Shown piece by piece: positions 47,938-57,509 of a stretch of DNA of 64,000 nt. Source of the DNA: a virus. The position numbers were made by a program, and so were the translations under genes. Each line of letters opens with the position of its first letter. Position 1 is the first letter of the stretch. The notes below the pieces were generated by a model. That model saw only the letters and a program-made list of their open reading frames with translations, did no database searches and had not been told where the DNA came from. The stretch is from IMG/VR virus record IMGVR_UViG_3300031133_000426. One strand, 5' to 3'.

Positions 47938-48123
47938 ATGACAACTCAACATTCAGAAACATCCGTAGTTCCAACCGGCCCACTGGATGATCTAGTAGCT
48001 GACCTTGATGCTGCACAACTCAAGTCTTTGGTTCTTCACTTGTTTTCTACCACTAAAAACCCCGCTTTTCGTGCTAACGTGAAAGCATGGCGTAAAAGTC
48101 AGAATCTTCCAAAAACTGTTTAA
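47938..48123 (+). CDS. hypothetical protein
   Basis: Promoter; terminator. Confidence 0.6.
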   Translation: MTTQHSETSVVPTGPLDDLVADLDAAQLKSLVLHLFSTTKNPAFRANVKAWRKSQNLPKTV

Positions 48124-48140
48124 TGATTAATTGATCATAT

Positions 48141-48164
48141 AAAAAAGGGCTTCGGCCCTTTTTT
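48141..48164 (+). terminator. representative cUUCGg/cUACGg intrinsic terminator
   Basis: AAGGGC-TTCG-GCCCTT-TTTT; near-identical hairpins at ~9128, 10863, 31032, 49368, 51112, 52592, 56605, 62113, 62677, 63713. Confidence 0.9.
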
Positions 48165-48266
48165 GTTGTACTTATTTAATAGTCCCATATGTTGGATACA
48201 AATTAACATTTATGTTGATATTTTGTCGCATTTGTTATACAATCTAGACATCTTCGAGGACTAATT

Positions 48267-49346
48267 ATGTCAATCAATATGCGAAACAAATATGATCAGT
48301 TATTGAAAACTTTTGTCAATGATAATTTTGATATACTTTTATCAAGTAAAAAATATCGACAAATGAATGAAAACACAGAAAGTAATTTAGACTTTATTCC
48401 AGAACATAATAAACCAGCAGATCCGGGTTATATTCGCTATACACCACAGTTTGATGAGCTTGTTAATACATTCGTTGAACAGTTCTTGTATATTGAAGGC
48501 ATGGTATTCAACCTTAAATCTCATTTTGCTACACTTCATGGTAGATTGCTTACTGATTTGATGGATAGCACTTCTGACTTGGATCGCAGTCATCTTTATT
48601 TTTGCCGTAAACATCTAGCAGAGCGTTTTAATCTAAAAATTCTAATGGATGTTTTTAAAGCTTTTATTGACGTTCGCGATAAAGAAACTAAACCTACTTG
48701 TTACTTCGTTTTTAGTTATGATGATAATATCATTGAATTGAAAGGTGGTTCGAGTTGTTCAACTTGCGATAGTTATATGCATTTCGATATTGATTATACT
48801 AAAAATGAAGTATTTGTCGATGAAGATATTAAACCCTGTAAACTGGCTAAAAAGCCAACTAGAGTCAATGTCACTTTAAAAAGCCCTTCTGGTAAATTGG
48901 TGTTTCTAAATCATCCAGCAAATTTCTTTAAAAAAGAAAGAGATAATAGGTATGAAGTTTCAATCAACTCCACACTAGGGTGTATTGAAGAAACCAAGTT
49001 TTATGCCAAACATAATATTGGATACTTCTTTATTGGCAATACAACTGCTTATATCATGCAAAAAGATGGTGAAATCCTGTCTACATTATTTGATGAAGAC
49101 GATGAAAAGCAGCAGGCTAAATACAAAGATTATATAATGCGTGGAAGTGTGTGTACTAGCGTTTGGTGGTACACCGTATTGGATTATGATCTTTATCTCA
49201 CTATGTGTGCAGAACATAATGTCGATCCTGACTCAATCGAACATACTGTTGTTGAAACAAAAGCCTTCAAGTATAAAGTTAGTCATAGTTTGGCCGCTCA
49301 TGCAAAAGGTCAGTATTTTGGTGTTTATTCAAAAATCACTTATTGA
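48267..49346 (+). CDS. hypothetical protein
   Basis: GAGGA SD; CSTC and C...C residues; no family recognised. Confidence 0.75.
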   Translation: MSINMRNKYDQLLKTFVNDNFDILLSSKKYRQMNENTESNLDFIPEHNKPADPGYIRYTPQFDELVNTFVEQFLYIEGMVFNLKSHFATLHGRLLTDLMDSTSDLDRSHLYFCRKHLAERFNLKILMDVFKAFIDVRDKETKPTCYFVFSYDDNIIELKGGSSCSTCDSYMHFDIDYTKNEVFVDEDIKPCKLAKKPTRVNVTLKSPSGKLVFLNHPANFFKKERDNRYEVSINSTLGCIEETKFYAKHNIGYFFIGNTTAYIMQKDGEILSTLFDEDDEKQQAKYKDYIMRGSVCTSVWWYTVLDYDLYLTMCAEHNVDPDSIEHTVVETKAFKYKVSHSLAAHAKGQYFGVYSKITY

Positions 49347-49446
49347 TAAAAATAGTACTTTTATACAAGGGCTTCGGCCCTTTTTTATTGTCTTGTTTTT
49401 ATTTTCGTGTTATAATCAGCTATCGAAAACGAAATGAGTAAATATC

Positions 49447-49608
49447 ATGACTTTTGTTCTCAAAGAATTTAGCCACACCCCTAAACACTATTCGATTTCT
49501 CAAAAAGTTGAAACTCAGACGGGTATTTTCTGGAAAGAGGTTGCCTGTGTTCGTCAACGGTCCACTGCATTCTTTTTGATGAACTTGATCGAAAAAATTT
49601 CTAAATAA
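49447..49608 (+). CDS. 53-aa microprotein, copy 2
   Basis: MTFVLKEFSHTPKHYSISQKVETQTGIFWKEVACVRQRSTAFFLMNLIEKISK. Confidence 0.8.
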   Translation: MTFVLKEFSHTPKHYSISQKVETQTGIFWKEVACVRQRSTAFFLMNLIEKISK

Positions 49609-49711
49609 TCTATGCCTGTGTCTTGATTTAATTAAAATTCATACAGTTTTTGCTAGCCTAACAGTTGAATGTTATGCTAGCATTCTGTCTTTTTGTTAGA
49701 GGTCTTTTTTT

Positions 49712-50746
49712 ATGGAACTCATTCCTTCTACACTGTCCCGTCAAGGTTTTGATAAATTAATCAAAAAACTTCGGCTGCTGATCGGGCGTGTGAAACGCTA
49801 TCATCCTCAGTTGACGTTCAACATCACTGAAAGAGAGGTGCTTGATCGCATTCATGCTGCCACTTTGGAAAACAATTCTTATTGTGAAGTAACAGGTTAT
49901 AATTTCAATGATATGGGGAATGTTTGTCTTATCCCTATCAACCCAAATATCAAAGGAACTGTATCCATTAATCAAATTTTAATTGTTCATCAACAAACAT
50001 TTAATTTCTGGGTTGAGTTGCATAAGATTATTGCAGAGACTCCAGATTTCATGGACATAAATAACAGTTATGCTCAATTGGTATTAATTCATGATACTTT
50101 GAGGGCAAAAGTCAGACCAGAAAGACTTTCATCAAAAGCTATCGATCATGCTCGCTTGATTGAACGGTCACTGGTTACACCTGAACGTATTGTTCAACTC
50201 ATGCATAATCAAGAATCGACCAAAGACATTTCAGCCAAACAATTGCCAGTATTTAATGCATCTGATTTTATTCGAAAACCGCGTTTCTACTCGGCTAGAG
50301 CCATTCAACGAAAAATTGATCTTTGTAGAGAACGTTCCATCAGTAAGGGTTTTACCTGTGATCTTACTTTTGAGAACTCTAAACATCTTTTCAGTGTCAC
50401 TCACTGTCAATTGACAGGTTTACCATTGGTTAAGGCTACCAAAACACAAGAAGACAATCCTTTTGGTTTCTCAATTGATCGTATCAACCGTTTTGAAGGT
50501 TATAATGTTTCAAACATGTTGATTGTCGCTCATGAAGTCAACAAGATAAAATCCAAACTAGAATGGTCAAACTACACTGAAAGTGTTGATAATCTTTATG
50601 ATATATTGACTAAAACCAAAGATATTATGCTAAAACGTCATTCACATGATAATCTGCATAATCGTCAGAAACCGTTGCCCATTGAGACTATTATCAACAA
50701 TTATCTTGCAAAATCTGAAAATCACAAAAAATTCATTTTCAGTTAA
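49712..50746 (+). CDS. protein with C-terminal His-Me-finger (HNH-like) nuclease domain
   Basis: CQLTGLPL...FSIDRINRFEGYNVSNMLIVAHEVNKIKS. Confidence 0.6.
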   Translation: MELIPSTLSRQGFDKLIKKLRLLIGRVKRYHPQLTFNITEREVLDRIHAATLENNSYCEVTGYNFNDMGNVCLIPINPNIKGTVSINQILIVHQQTFNFWVELHKIIAETPDFMDINNSYAQLVLIHDTLRAKVRPERLSSKAIDHARLIERSLVTPERIVQLMHNQESTKDISAKQLPVFNASDFIRKPRFYSARAIQRKIDLCRERSISKGFTCDLTFENSKHLFSVTHCQLTGLPLVKATKTQEDNPFGFSIDRINRFEGYNVSNMLIVAHEVNKIKSKLEWSNYTESVDNLYDILTKTKDIMLKRHSHDNLHNRQKPLPIETIINNYLAKSENHKKFIFS

Positions 50747-50810
50747 TTTGATTGCGGTAGGTTTAGTAATTTGGTATAATCATCACATCAACCAACAATG
50801 AGGCTACACC

Positions 50811-51089
50811 ATGTCCCGTTATACTCTCAAGATGTTGAAAGACGAACTGAAATCTATTAACGCCCAATTGGCAGGTTCAGGTTACTATCTGGTGGCTCAA
50901 AGTCGTAATGGTTACACCGTTGTTGATGAATACAAGGGAGAAATCAGCGAAGGACATAGTGGTATTTGCGTCAATAACCTGCAGTGTGGTTCTCCACGCG
51001 ACTGTATCGAAGCGGCTTACCAATACGAGCCACGCGAAAGCACCAAGAGTCTGAACGGTACTCAGAAAAGTCCTTTTGGCCCGATGTAA
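50811..51089 (+). CDS. hypothetical protein
   Basis: GAGG SD; terminator. Confidence 0.7.
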   Translation: MSRYTLKMLKDELKSINAQLAGSGYYLVAQSRNGYTVVDEYKGEISEGHSGICVNNLQCGSPRDCIEAAYQYEPRESTKSLNGTQKSPFGPM

Positions 51090-51197
51090 TTTGACTTCAC
51101 TTAATTAAAAAAGGGGCTTCGGCCTCTTTTTTGTTTACATTAAAAATTATTTTTGCTATAATTGTTTTTTTTAATTAAACATTAAAACAGGAAATAG

Positions 51198-51629
51198 TTG
51201 ATGAATATTGTTAAAAAGAACATTAGACATATTTTGTTTTTTGTTGCGGGTATTGCCCTTATTTCATGTGCTTTTAAGCTTTATTCTTTCGGTGTAGATT
51301 ACGAAACCAAAACCATTCATTCTGTAATATTGATGGATACAGCCAGCACACTCACAAAAGTCAAACAAAACACTTTTTACAATACTATTGGTTATTTCAT
51401 CGAAGTCTCTACGGATAAGAAATTTCATTCTCCTATCCAAGATAAACTTTATCGTGAATTTGAGGCTGGTGGTAATAAACCTATCTCTATGGAAAAAACA
51501 TTGAGTAAATCTGAAATTAATCACAGTGGTCGTGGTTTTTTAGCTTTCATTTTTAGCTTTATTTTCCTCATTTTTGGTTCTGTCTTTATTCTGTGTGTAG
51601 CCTATAGTAAATTTAAGCAATACAAATAA
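51198..51629 (+). CDS. membrane protein (2 TM)
   Basis: Hydrophobic N- and C-terminal segments. Confidence 0.7.
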   Translation: MMNIVKKNIRHILFFVAGIALISCAFKLYSFGVDYETKTIHSVILMDTASTLTKVKQNTFYNTIGYFIEVSTDKKFHSPIQDKLYREFEAGGNKPISMEKTLSKSEINHSGRGFLAFIFSFIFLIFGSVFILCVAYSKFKQYK

Positions 51630-51707
51630 AAAATTCAACATTTATTAAAATATAGTACCAACACTTGAAAGGCTTGCAGCGATCTGTCTCTTTTGCTATA
51701 ATAACAA

Positions 51708-51762
51708 CATCGAAGCGGCAAAAGGCGAGCATTCCAATAAGCCTTTCCTTTTGTTTCTGCTT
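51708..51762 (+). promoter_or_regulatory. structured 5' leader motif, copy B
   Basis: CATCGAAGCGGCAAAAGGCGAGCATTCCAATAAGCCTTTCCTTTTG after TATAAT. Confidence 0.75.
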
Positions 51763-52116
51763 ATTGTTACTAAGGCCGATTATGAACGCAAAAGACTACA
51801 GCGAAAAACAGAAAATTCTGCTTTTTATGTTAACTTTGAATTTAAATACGACCATGTTTTACAAGAAGTTTCAGTCATTGCAATTGTTGGTTTTAGTCAG
51901 CAAGATAGTAAGCCTATATATTACTATATTACCAACAACGCTTTAACCACTCAGTCTACAATGAGAAAAATAGATATTGAATTTTTCAACCGTTTTTATA
52001 AACAGAGCATACTAGAATCTAACCCAAATCTCGACGCCAGTGCAATCCATTCTTTTATTGATATCGATAAATGGCCAGAATCTCTAAAATCTCTTGTCAA
52101 AATGAGTCGGTATTGA
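51751..52116 (+). CDS. hypothetical protein; start uncertain, possibly frameshifted
   Basis: Protein-like frame lacks a good start; the SD-linked ATG at 51782 is in another frame. Confidence 0.5.
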   Translation: MFLLIVTKADYERKRLQRKTENSAFYVNFEFKYDHVLQEVSVIAIVGFSQQDSKPIYYYITNNALTTQSTMRKIDIEFFNRFYKQSILESNPNLDASAIHSFIDIDKWPESLKSLVKMSRY

Positions 52117-52172
52117 TATAATCATCACCAGCGACACAACAATAGACATTATCATCACAGAGGATAAAACCA

Positions 52173-52571
52173 ATGAATCGCATTCAAAAATTTAACCGTG
52201 CCCTGTTGAAAGCCATTGCTGCCAAAAAAATTGTGGTGGTTGACCGCAATAGTGGTGCCATCCGTGAAGCAACGGTAAAATTCAGTTTTTCTCATGAAGG
52301 TGTAACTCATTTTTATTCCCTTTCCTCCGAACGTACCGCTCCGGGTCTTGCAATGTTGGGCTATGATAACCCTCCCAAGTTGACGCTGGTTGAATACAAT
52401 TCTTCTTTCACCAGTGGTTCACACATTGAATTCCCAGAAGGTGTCGATGCTTCTGCTATCAAATATATTGAAGCTTGCTCTGTTGTTTCAGAAGACGATG
52501 CTGCAAAAGCCCGTGAAACGTTGGCAGAAGCTTTTCATCGTTTTAATGTTGAAATGTGCCTGACCGACTAA
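52173..52571 (+). CDS. hypothetical protein
   Basis: GAGGA SD; terminator. Confidence 0.75.
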   Translation: MNRIQKFNRALLKAIAAKKIVVVDRNSGAIREATVKFSFSHEGVTHFYSLSSERTAPGLAMLGYDNPPKLTLVEYNSSFTSGSHIEFPEGVDASAIKYIEACSVVSEDDAAKARETLAEAFHRFNVEMCLTD

Positions 52572-52667
52572 AATCATCACTATAAATTACAAGGGGACTT
52601 CGGTTCCCTTTTTTATTTTCTTTGAAATAGTGGTTGTTTAAGAAGCATATTTTTGTTATACTTATAC

Positions 52668-52722
52668 CATCGAAGCGGCAAGGGGCGAGCATTCAAATAA
52701 GCCTTTCCCCTTGCATCTGCAC
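52668..52722 (+). promoter_or_regulatory. structured 5' leader motif, copy C
   Basis: CATCGAAGCGGCAAGGGGCGAGCATTCAAATAAGCCTTTCCCCTTGC after TATACT. Confidence 0.75.
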
Positions 52723-52750
52723 ACTTAACTTCCAGTGAAGCTATTGAATC

Positions 52751-53284
52751 ATGATTAATCAAAATAAAGATGCTCCAAGTCAGTTTCGCAAGCGATTCAA
52801 AGATTATCGTGGTTATTATGTTCGGGTGGTTGACATTGATTTAGACAAGGTTGAAAAACTGGTGTCTGATCACTATCTTTCTGCCGGTATTAGCTGGAAT
52901 GAAGTCGATATTGCTGTCGATTTCTTCACGAAACAGCTTAAAGCATTTATTCACAAAAACCTAGGCAAAAAAGACCACCATCGGGCTTCTATCAAGTCTT
53001 TGGACTTCTGGATCTACTATGAGCCTAAAAGCTCAGATAACGCTGTGGTGACAGTGCAATTTGAACCCATTAAAGATTTCATGAAACCTGATCTTTATTA
53101 TGCTGGCATATCTTATCCAGACTATGGTGACGAACAAGAAGCTGTTTTGAAACTGGCTGATGATAGCTTCTCTCGTAGCTTTGCAGACGCCGCCAAGTTT
53201 TCTGAGGCTGACCGATTGCATGATGAAAACGAAGTTCTCAAACGCCGGATTGCTTGGCTTGAAAAGCAGATTATTCTTCAATAA
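52751..53284 (+). CDS. hypothetical protein
   Basis: ORF downstream of leader C. Confidence 0.7.
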   Translation: MINQNKDAPSQFRKRFKDYRGYYVRVVDIDLDKVEKLVSDHYLSAGISWNEVDIAVDFFTKQLKAFIHKNLGKKDHHRASIKSLDFWIYYEPKSSDNAVVTVQFEPIKDFMKPDLYYAGISYPDYGDEQEAVLKLADDSFSRSFADAAKFSEADRLHDENEVLKRRIAWLEKQIILQ

Positions 53285-53372
53285 CTTGAAAAAAAGCTAA
53301 ATTGTTGTTGTCTATAAATCTGTTTTTTGTTATACTCATTCCATCAAAACAGAAACCCAAAAGGTAAAAGTC

Positions 53373-53822
53373 ATGGAAAACGTTATCAAACTCGAAGTTG
53401 GAAAAACCTACGCTACCCCTTCGATTGGTGATTCGTCTTACATGGTTACCGCTACTGTCGTCAGTCGCACTGCAAAGCGTGTCACATTTATCATGAAAGG
53501 TGAGAGTAAAACTAGCACCAAAGGTATTTTCATTTACGATGGTAAGGAATGCTTTTACCCTCGTGGTCAATACAGCATGTGCCCAACCCTTCGTGCTGAT
53601 GATGTTGTTGAACCACAGCAAACTACTTCTGCAGCAATTGAAGAAAAAGTTTTGTTCGAAAATGGCGAAACCGTTGCTGACCTGTTCCGTGAGGCTGATG
53701 GCCTTTTCACTCCAGAACAAATTGCTGCCATTAAATCTGGTCTGGCTGGTTTGATGTTTGGGGAAGCTTGCTCGCGGCCTACTGCCAAAATCTACAACAT
53801 GGCTGATTATCGTCGGAATTAA
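53373..53822 (+). CDS. conserved-type phage hypothetical protein
   Basis: EVGKTY...SIGDS...VVSRTAKRV...GQYSMCPTLRA. Confidence 0.7.
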   Translation: MENVIKLEVGKTYATPSIGDSSYMVTATVVSRTAKRVTFIMKGESKTSTKGIFIYDGKECFYPRGQYSMCPTLRADDVVEPQQTTSAAIEEKVLFENGETVADLFREADGLFTPEQIAAIKSGLAGLMFGEACSRPTAKIYNMADYRRN

Positions 53823-53895
53823 GTGATAACCACTTTACATAAAATCTGTTTTTTGTTACAATACCTTTCTACACCACGTTCAGGATTATAGTTTC

Positions 53896-54084
53896 ATGAC
53901 TAACAAAATTATCAGCGAAGCCGCTAAGATTGATCTCATCAATGCCATCAAAATCCAACTGGCTAACGATAAGGATGAACAGTATAGCGTTGCTGCCCAT
54001 GGTCATATTGGCGTTTACAACATGACAGAAGAACAACTCTTGGCCGAGTTTAAAAGTTATGGAATTGACCCGTTTACCCCTTAA
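53896..54084 (+). CDS. hypothetical protein
   Basis: AGGA SD. Confidence 0.65.
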   Translation: MTNKIISEAAKIDLINAIKIQLANDKDEQYSVAAHGHIGVYNMTEEQLLAEFKSYGIDPFTP

Positions 54085-54171
54085 TTCTTTTACATTTTTG
54101 TAATAAAATCTTGTTTTTGTTTTAGTGGTCCGCTATAATAGCCCCATCATTACCCACTTAGGTCATCAATC

Positions 54172-54603
54172 ATGTTTTATGAACATAATTTTGAAACTGA
54201 CACCAAGCTTTTTCAGATCCGTTTTAATAATATCTATTGGGGGGAAGTGTGGGCTTCTGATTCGAAGGATGCTCTTGCAAAAGCAAATCTTCTTCATGCA
54301 AATTTTCCAAAAAAGAATTTCAAAGTGGTTTTTGTTGCAAATCTTTACCCTATAACAGTCTTGTCGATCAGTGATGTTTGCACTGTTCTTGACGAACATA
54401 ATATCTCTTATTACAATCCGGTCAATGACGAACACCAGTTGATTTTGAAAGGTACTAACGACATTCTTGAAGGTGGTTACAGTCTTGAAGATGAATCGTG
54501 GGATTTCTTCATTCGCTCAACCTCCAAAACATCGGCAAGGTCTTTGACATTCAAAACGTCCGAACAACTGATTTCTATTCTTCGCACTTACTACGCTCAT
54601 TGA
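54172..54603 (+). CDS. hypothetical protein
   Basis: Promoter; AGGT SD. Confidence 0.65.
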   Translation: MFYEHNFETDTKLFQIRFNNIYWGEVWASDSKDALAKANLLHANFPKKNFKVVFVANLYPITVLSISDVCTVLDEHNISYYNPVNDEHQLILKGTNDILEGGYSLEDESWDFFIRSTSKTSARSLTFKTSEQLISILRTYYAH

Positions 54604-54745
54604 TAGTGTGTAATAATATTATGTTTAATGGTAAAGGCTTCAAAACCCAATAAATAGTCAAAAAAGAGGTTGTTTGCTTTTCTCTTCTTTGATATACTTG
54701 TCTCATCAAAACGAAACAACACAAATAACGGTTAGGAGATACAAA

Positions 54746-54880
54746 ATGCAAGGTTCTTTCGGTGATGCAACAGAACGTTTTCGTGGTGGCAAGAAAAAAG
54801 ATACTCAACAAGCCAAGTACCATGAAAAAGATAAAGCATGGCGTAAAAAACGTCGTGACCGTCACCAAGATGCAGATTAA
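54746..54880 (+). CDS. basic microprotein MQGS...RHQDAD, copy 3 (44 aa)
   Basis: AGGAG SD; upstream 24 codons of the tracked ORF are promoter sequence. Confidence 0.8.
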   Translation: MQGSFGDATERFRGGKKKDTQQAKYHEKDKAWRKKRRDRHQDAD

Positions 54881-55014
54881 TTTCTGCCTATAGATAAGAA
54901 GGCATCCATCAGGGTGCCTTTTTTATTTAATTTAATTTATTATCTATATTTATTGACCAAAAAACTTTTTCTTGATATAATCAATCCATCAAATCAACCT
55001 GCAGAGATAATACC

Positions 55015-55263
55015 ATGCCAGCAAACACTACTGATTTCATTTTCAAAGGTGCTGACTATTTCGTTGCTATGCTGGATCATGGTGGTGTTCGCATTGGCCT
55101 TGTAGAATCCTACGCTACCGATTTTCCTGCAGATCATGAAATGTTCAACATGGTAGTGGCTTGTGGTCAGTCGGGCGATGAAGAAGCTATTGAAGCACTC
55201 TCTGACGAGATCCATGTTATCCATCAGCAGGGCGGTGATTGCCGCGTTTTGATTCAAGCCTGA
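55015..55263 (+). CDS. acidic small protein
   Basis: Promoter; GAG SD. Confidence 0.65.
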   Translation: MPANTTDFIFKGADYFVAMLDHGGVRIGLVESYATDFPADHEMFNMVVACGQSGDEEAIEALSDEIHVIHQQGGDCRVLIQA

Positions 55264-55441
55264 TAATTTTCTTCATTGTAAACTGGGTTTACATCAATAT
55301 ATATAGGGTATTAATTATGAACAAAAAAGTCTTGTAGAGTGGGGATTGCTACAAGATCAAGATCAGAGTATTGATTATGATTGGGAATATGCAATCAATA
55401 TTATAAAAAATTCTCGTTGAAAACTTTGAAAATATTTAATA

Positions 55442-55561
55442 CCCCTCACTTTGCTGGGGGTTTTTTTATTATTTCTAAAATAAAGCTTTTCAAATAAACT
55501 ATTTTTTGATATTATAGACACATCAAAACGAAGCAACAAGCCTTCTCGGAGAAAGACCATG
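55442..55561 (+). repeat. terminator+promoter+leader unit, direct repeat with 56011-56144
   Basis: CCCCTCACTTT..TGGGG.TTTTTT...AAAATAAAGCTT.TCAAATAAACT.TTTTTTGATATTATAGACACATCAAAACGAAGCAA...CCTTCTCGGAGA..ACCATGAC. Confidence 0.85.
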
Positions 55562-55963
55562 ACCACTAATTCGCCCATTTTTGACACCTTGAATCTTCTT
55601 CAACAAACTGCAAAACGTCATTGGGATGCACTTAAAATTGATGCTATCTTTTATGCCGAAGGGAATCCAGAGCATATTGAATTGCTTAATTCTTTTCAAA
55701 AATTGGACTCTGATATTAAATCTGTCATTTCCAAATATTGCTCGTATCTTGAATCTGATAATAAAATGCTTGAAGAACTTACTTCAGAAGAGTGGAACGC
55801 TATCGACTTAGCTTATACTATTAATTATAACTATTTGGAAAACCTTTTTAAAAATATGCGGCTTCATAGTGTCCCTAACAAAATTAGTGCCAATGTTCAG
55901 GCTGATATTAATCAAACCTATAAAAATGTAAACGCTGTAAAAATGTTTTTTATGGGTAGATGA
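55559..55963 (+). CDS. hypothetical protein flanked by direct repeats
   Basis: GGAG SD; unrelated to the MTQVT family despite the same leader. Confidence 0.7.
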   Translation: MTTNSPIFDTLNLLQQTAKRHWDALKIDAIFYAEGNPEHIELLNSFQKLDSDIKSVISKYCSYLESDNKMLEELTSEEWNAIDLAYTINYNYLENLFKNMRLHSVPNKISANVQADINQTYKNVNAVKMFFMGR

Positions 55964-56010
55964 TTCAATATCTTCCATCGGGATTTAATTCTCGCTAAAC
56001 CTTTGAATAG

Positions 56011-56144
56011 CCCCTCACTTTATTGGGGCTTTTTTATTTGATTTTTTCTTATTCTTTCCAAAATAAAGCTTGTCAAATAAACTGTTTTTTGATATTATAG
56101 ACACATCAAAACGAAGCAAACAACCTTCTCGGAGATACACCATG
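56011..56144 (+). repeat. second copy of the terminator+promoter+leader unit
   Basis: See 55442. Confidence 0.85.
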
Positions 56145-56585
56145 ACCCAAGTTACCGTTCTCGAACGTGCTGTTATCCGTAACATCGCTGTTTCAACTTC
56201 TGTTGCAGTGCTTGTTAAAGAAATCAGCAGTGGCCCGGAAGCTGTCAAAGACAACCAAGTCAACGCTGTTATCCTGAATCTGAAAAAGAAAGGTTTGGTG
56301 GCTCAGTCTACCCCAAACGTAGTTGAACTGACTGCAGATGGCTTGGCTGTCCATGCAGTAGAATTCCCTACTCCAAAAGATCTCGACACCCTTCGTCATG
56401 AAAGTAACCTTGAATTGAACCGCGTTCGCCCAATGTCGGTCGAAGAACTGGTGCTGACCAATCAGCTTGTTGACCTTCGTACTGCTTCGAACAAGATTGA
56501 TGCCATGATTGCAGCTTTTCAATTGCGGTTGATTGCTGATAAGGTTGTAGAAGATGCCGTAGCCGATATGAATCTGGCGGCTTAA
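56142..56585 (+). CDS. MTQVT family, possible winged-helix protein
   Basis: Paralog of 30361. Confidence 0.75.
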   Translation: MTQVTVLERAVIRNIAVSTSVAVLVKEISSGPEAVKDNQVNAVILNLKKKGLVAQSTPNVVELTADGLAVHAVEFPTPKDLDTLRHESNLELNRVRPMSVEELVLTNQLVDLRTASNKIDAMIAAFQLRLIADKVVEDAVADMNLAA

Positions 56586-56709
56586 TCAGTATCAGAATCA
56601 CATAAATGGGCTTCGGCCCATTTTTGTTTTGTATCCAGATAAAATTTATTGTCTTGTTGTTTTTATATTGTTATAATGATCTTATTGAATACAATGGTAA
56701 TCCAATCAT

Positions 56710-57372
56710 ATGCCATCCACTAACATTTACGAAAATTATTCTAAACAAGAAATGTTGGATGCTGCTTCTTTAATGCCTCTCGATCATTTGTTTACGAAAA
56801 AAATGGCTCGCTTGATTAATGCTTATAAAAATAATTATGTTCATTATCAATCCATCTACTCTGCTCAAAATGCTTTGAAATTATTTAATAAAGCTGTCTT
56901 AATGAATAGTAATATCATTAAGAAACTTGGTAATGGCGGATTTTCTTTTGTCTATGAAGGCATTGATAATCTAGTTTACAAATTAAGCCTTTCTAATGAG
57001 CACGAAGATGCTTGGTTGTTTTATGCAAGATCTTCAAAAAAAATAAATAATACTTTGTTTCCTATTATCCATCAGTTAAATGTATATAATCATGACTATT
57101 GCTGTAAAATGGAAAAATTAACAAAGCTTGATTTAAGATCAGCTGATAAACAAACTTTGAAAGCTATTTCAATTTCTATTTTGAAAAAAGATATTGATTC
57201 TTCTTTTCACTTGATTAATACAGTTGGATTAGTTGATTATGATTCTTACAGTCTTTGGTCTGCTAAACTATATACTATTATGAAAAGGCATACTCATCTT
57301 CATTTTGACTTTCATCAAGACAATTTAATGCTTCGTGGTCAACATCTGGTAATTACAGATCCCTTATCCTGA
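56710..57372 (+). CDS. protein-kinase-like (ELK/APH-type) protein
   Basis: KKLGNGGFSFVY (Gly loop), VYKL, MEKL, DFHQDNLM (catalytic loop), VITDP. Confidence 0.7.
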   Translation: MPSTNIYENYSKQEMLDAASLMPLDHLFTKKMARLINAYKNNYVHYQSIYSAQNALKLFNKAVLMNSNIIKKLGNGGFSFVYEGIDNLVYKLSLSNEHEDAWLFYARSSKKINNTLFPIIHQLNVYNHDYCCKMEKLTKLDLRSADKQTLKAISISILKKDIDSSFHLINTVGLVDYDSYSLWSAKLYTIMKRHTHLHFDFHQDNLMLRGQHLVITDPLS

Positions 57373-57509
57373 TTCCTTGTCATTGTCGATACAGACGGGT
57401 TACATCAAAAAAAACCAGTATTATAGTGTTTTCAATCATGAAAAATGTTGTTTTTATCTTATGACTTTGTTATAATGGCTCCATCACAAACCACCAAGGA
57501 TATTACCCC

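Noticed and set aside
54674-54745. Extended N-termini given by the ORF track (e.g. 54674, 30289, 56070, 44887, 29372)
   Set aside because: The extensions run through -35/-10 boxes; true starts follow SD sites further downstream.
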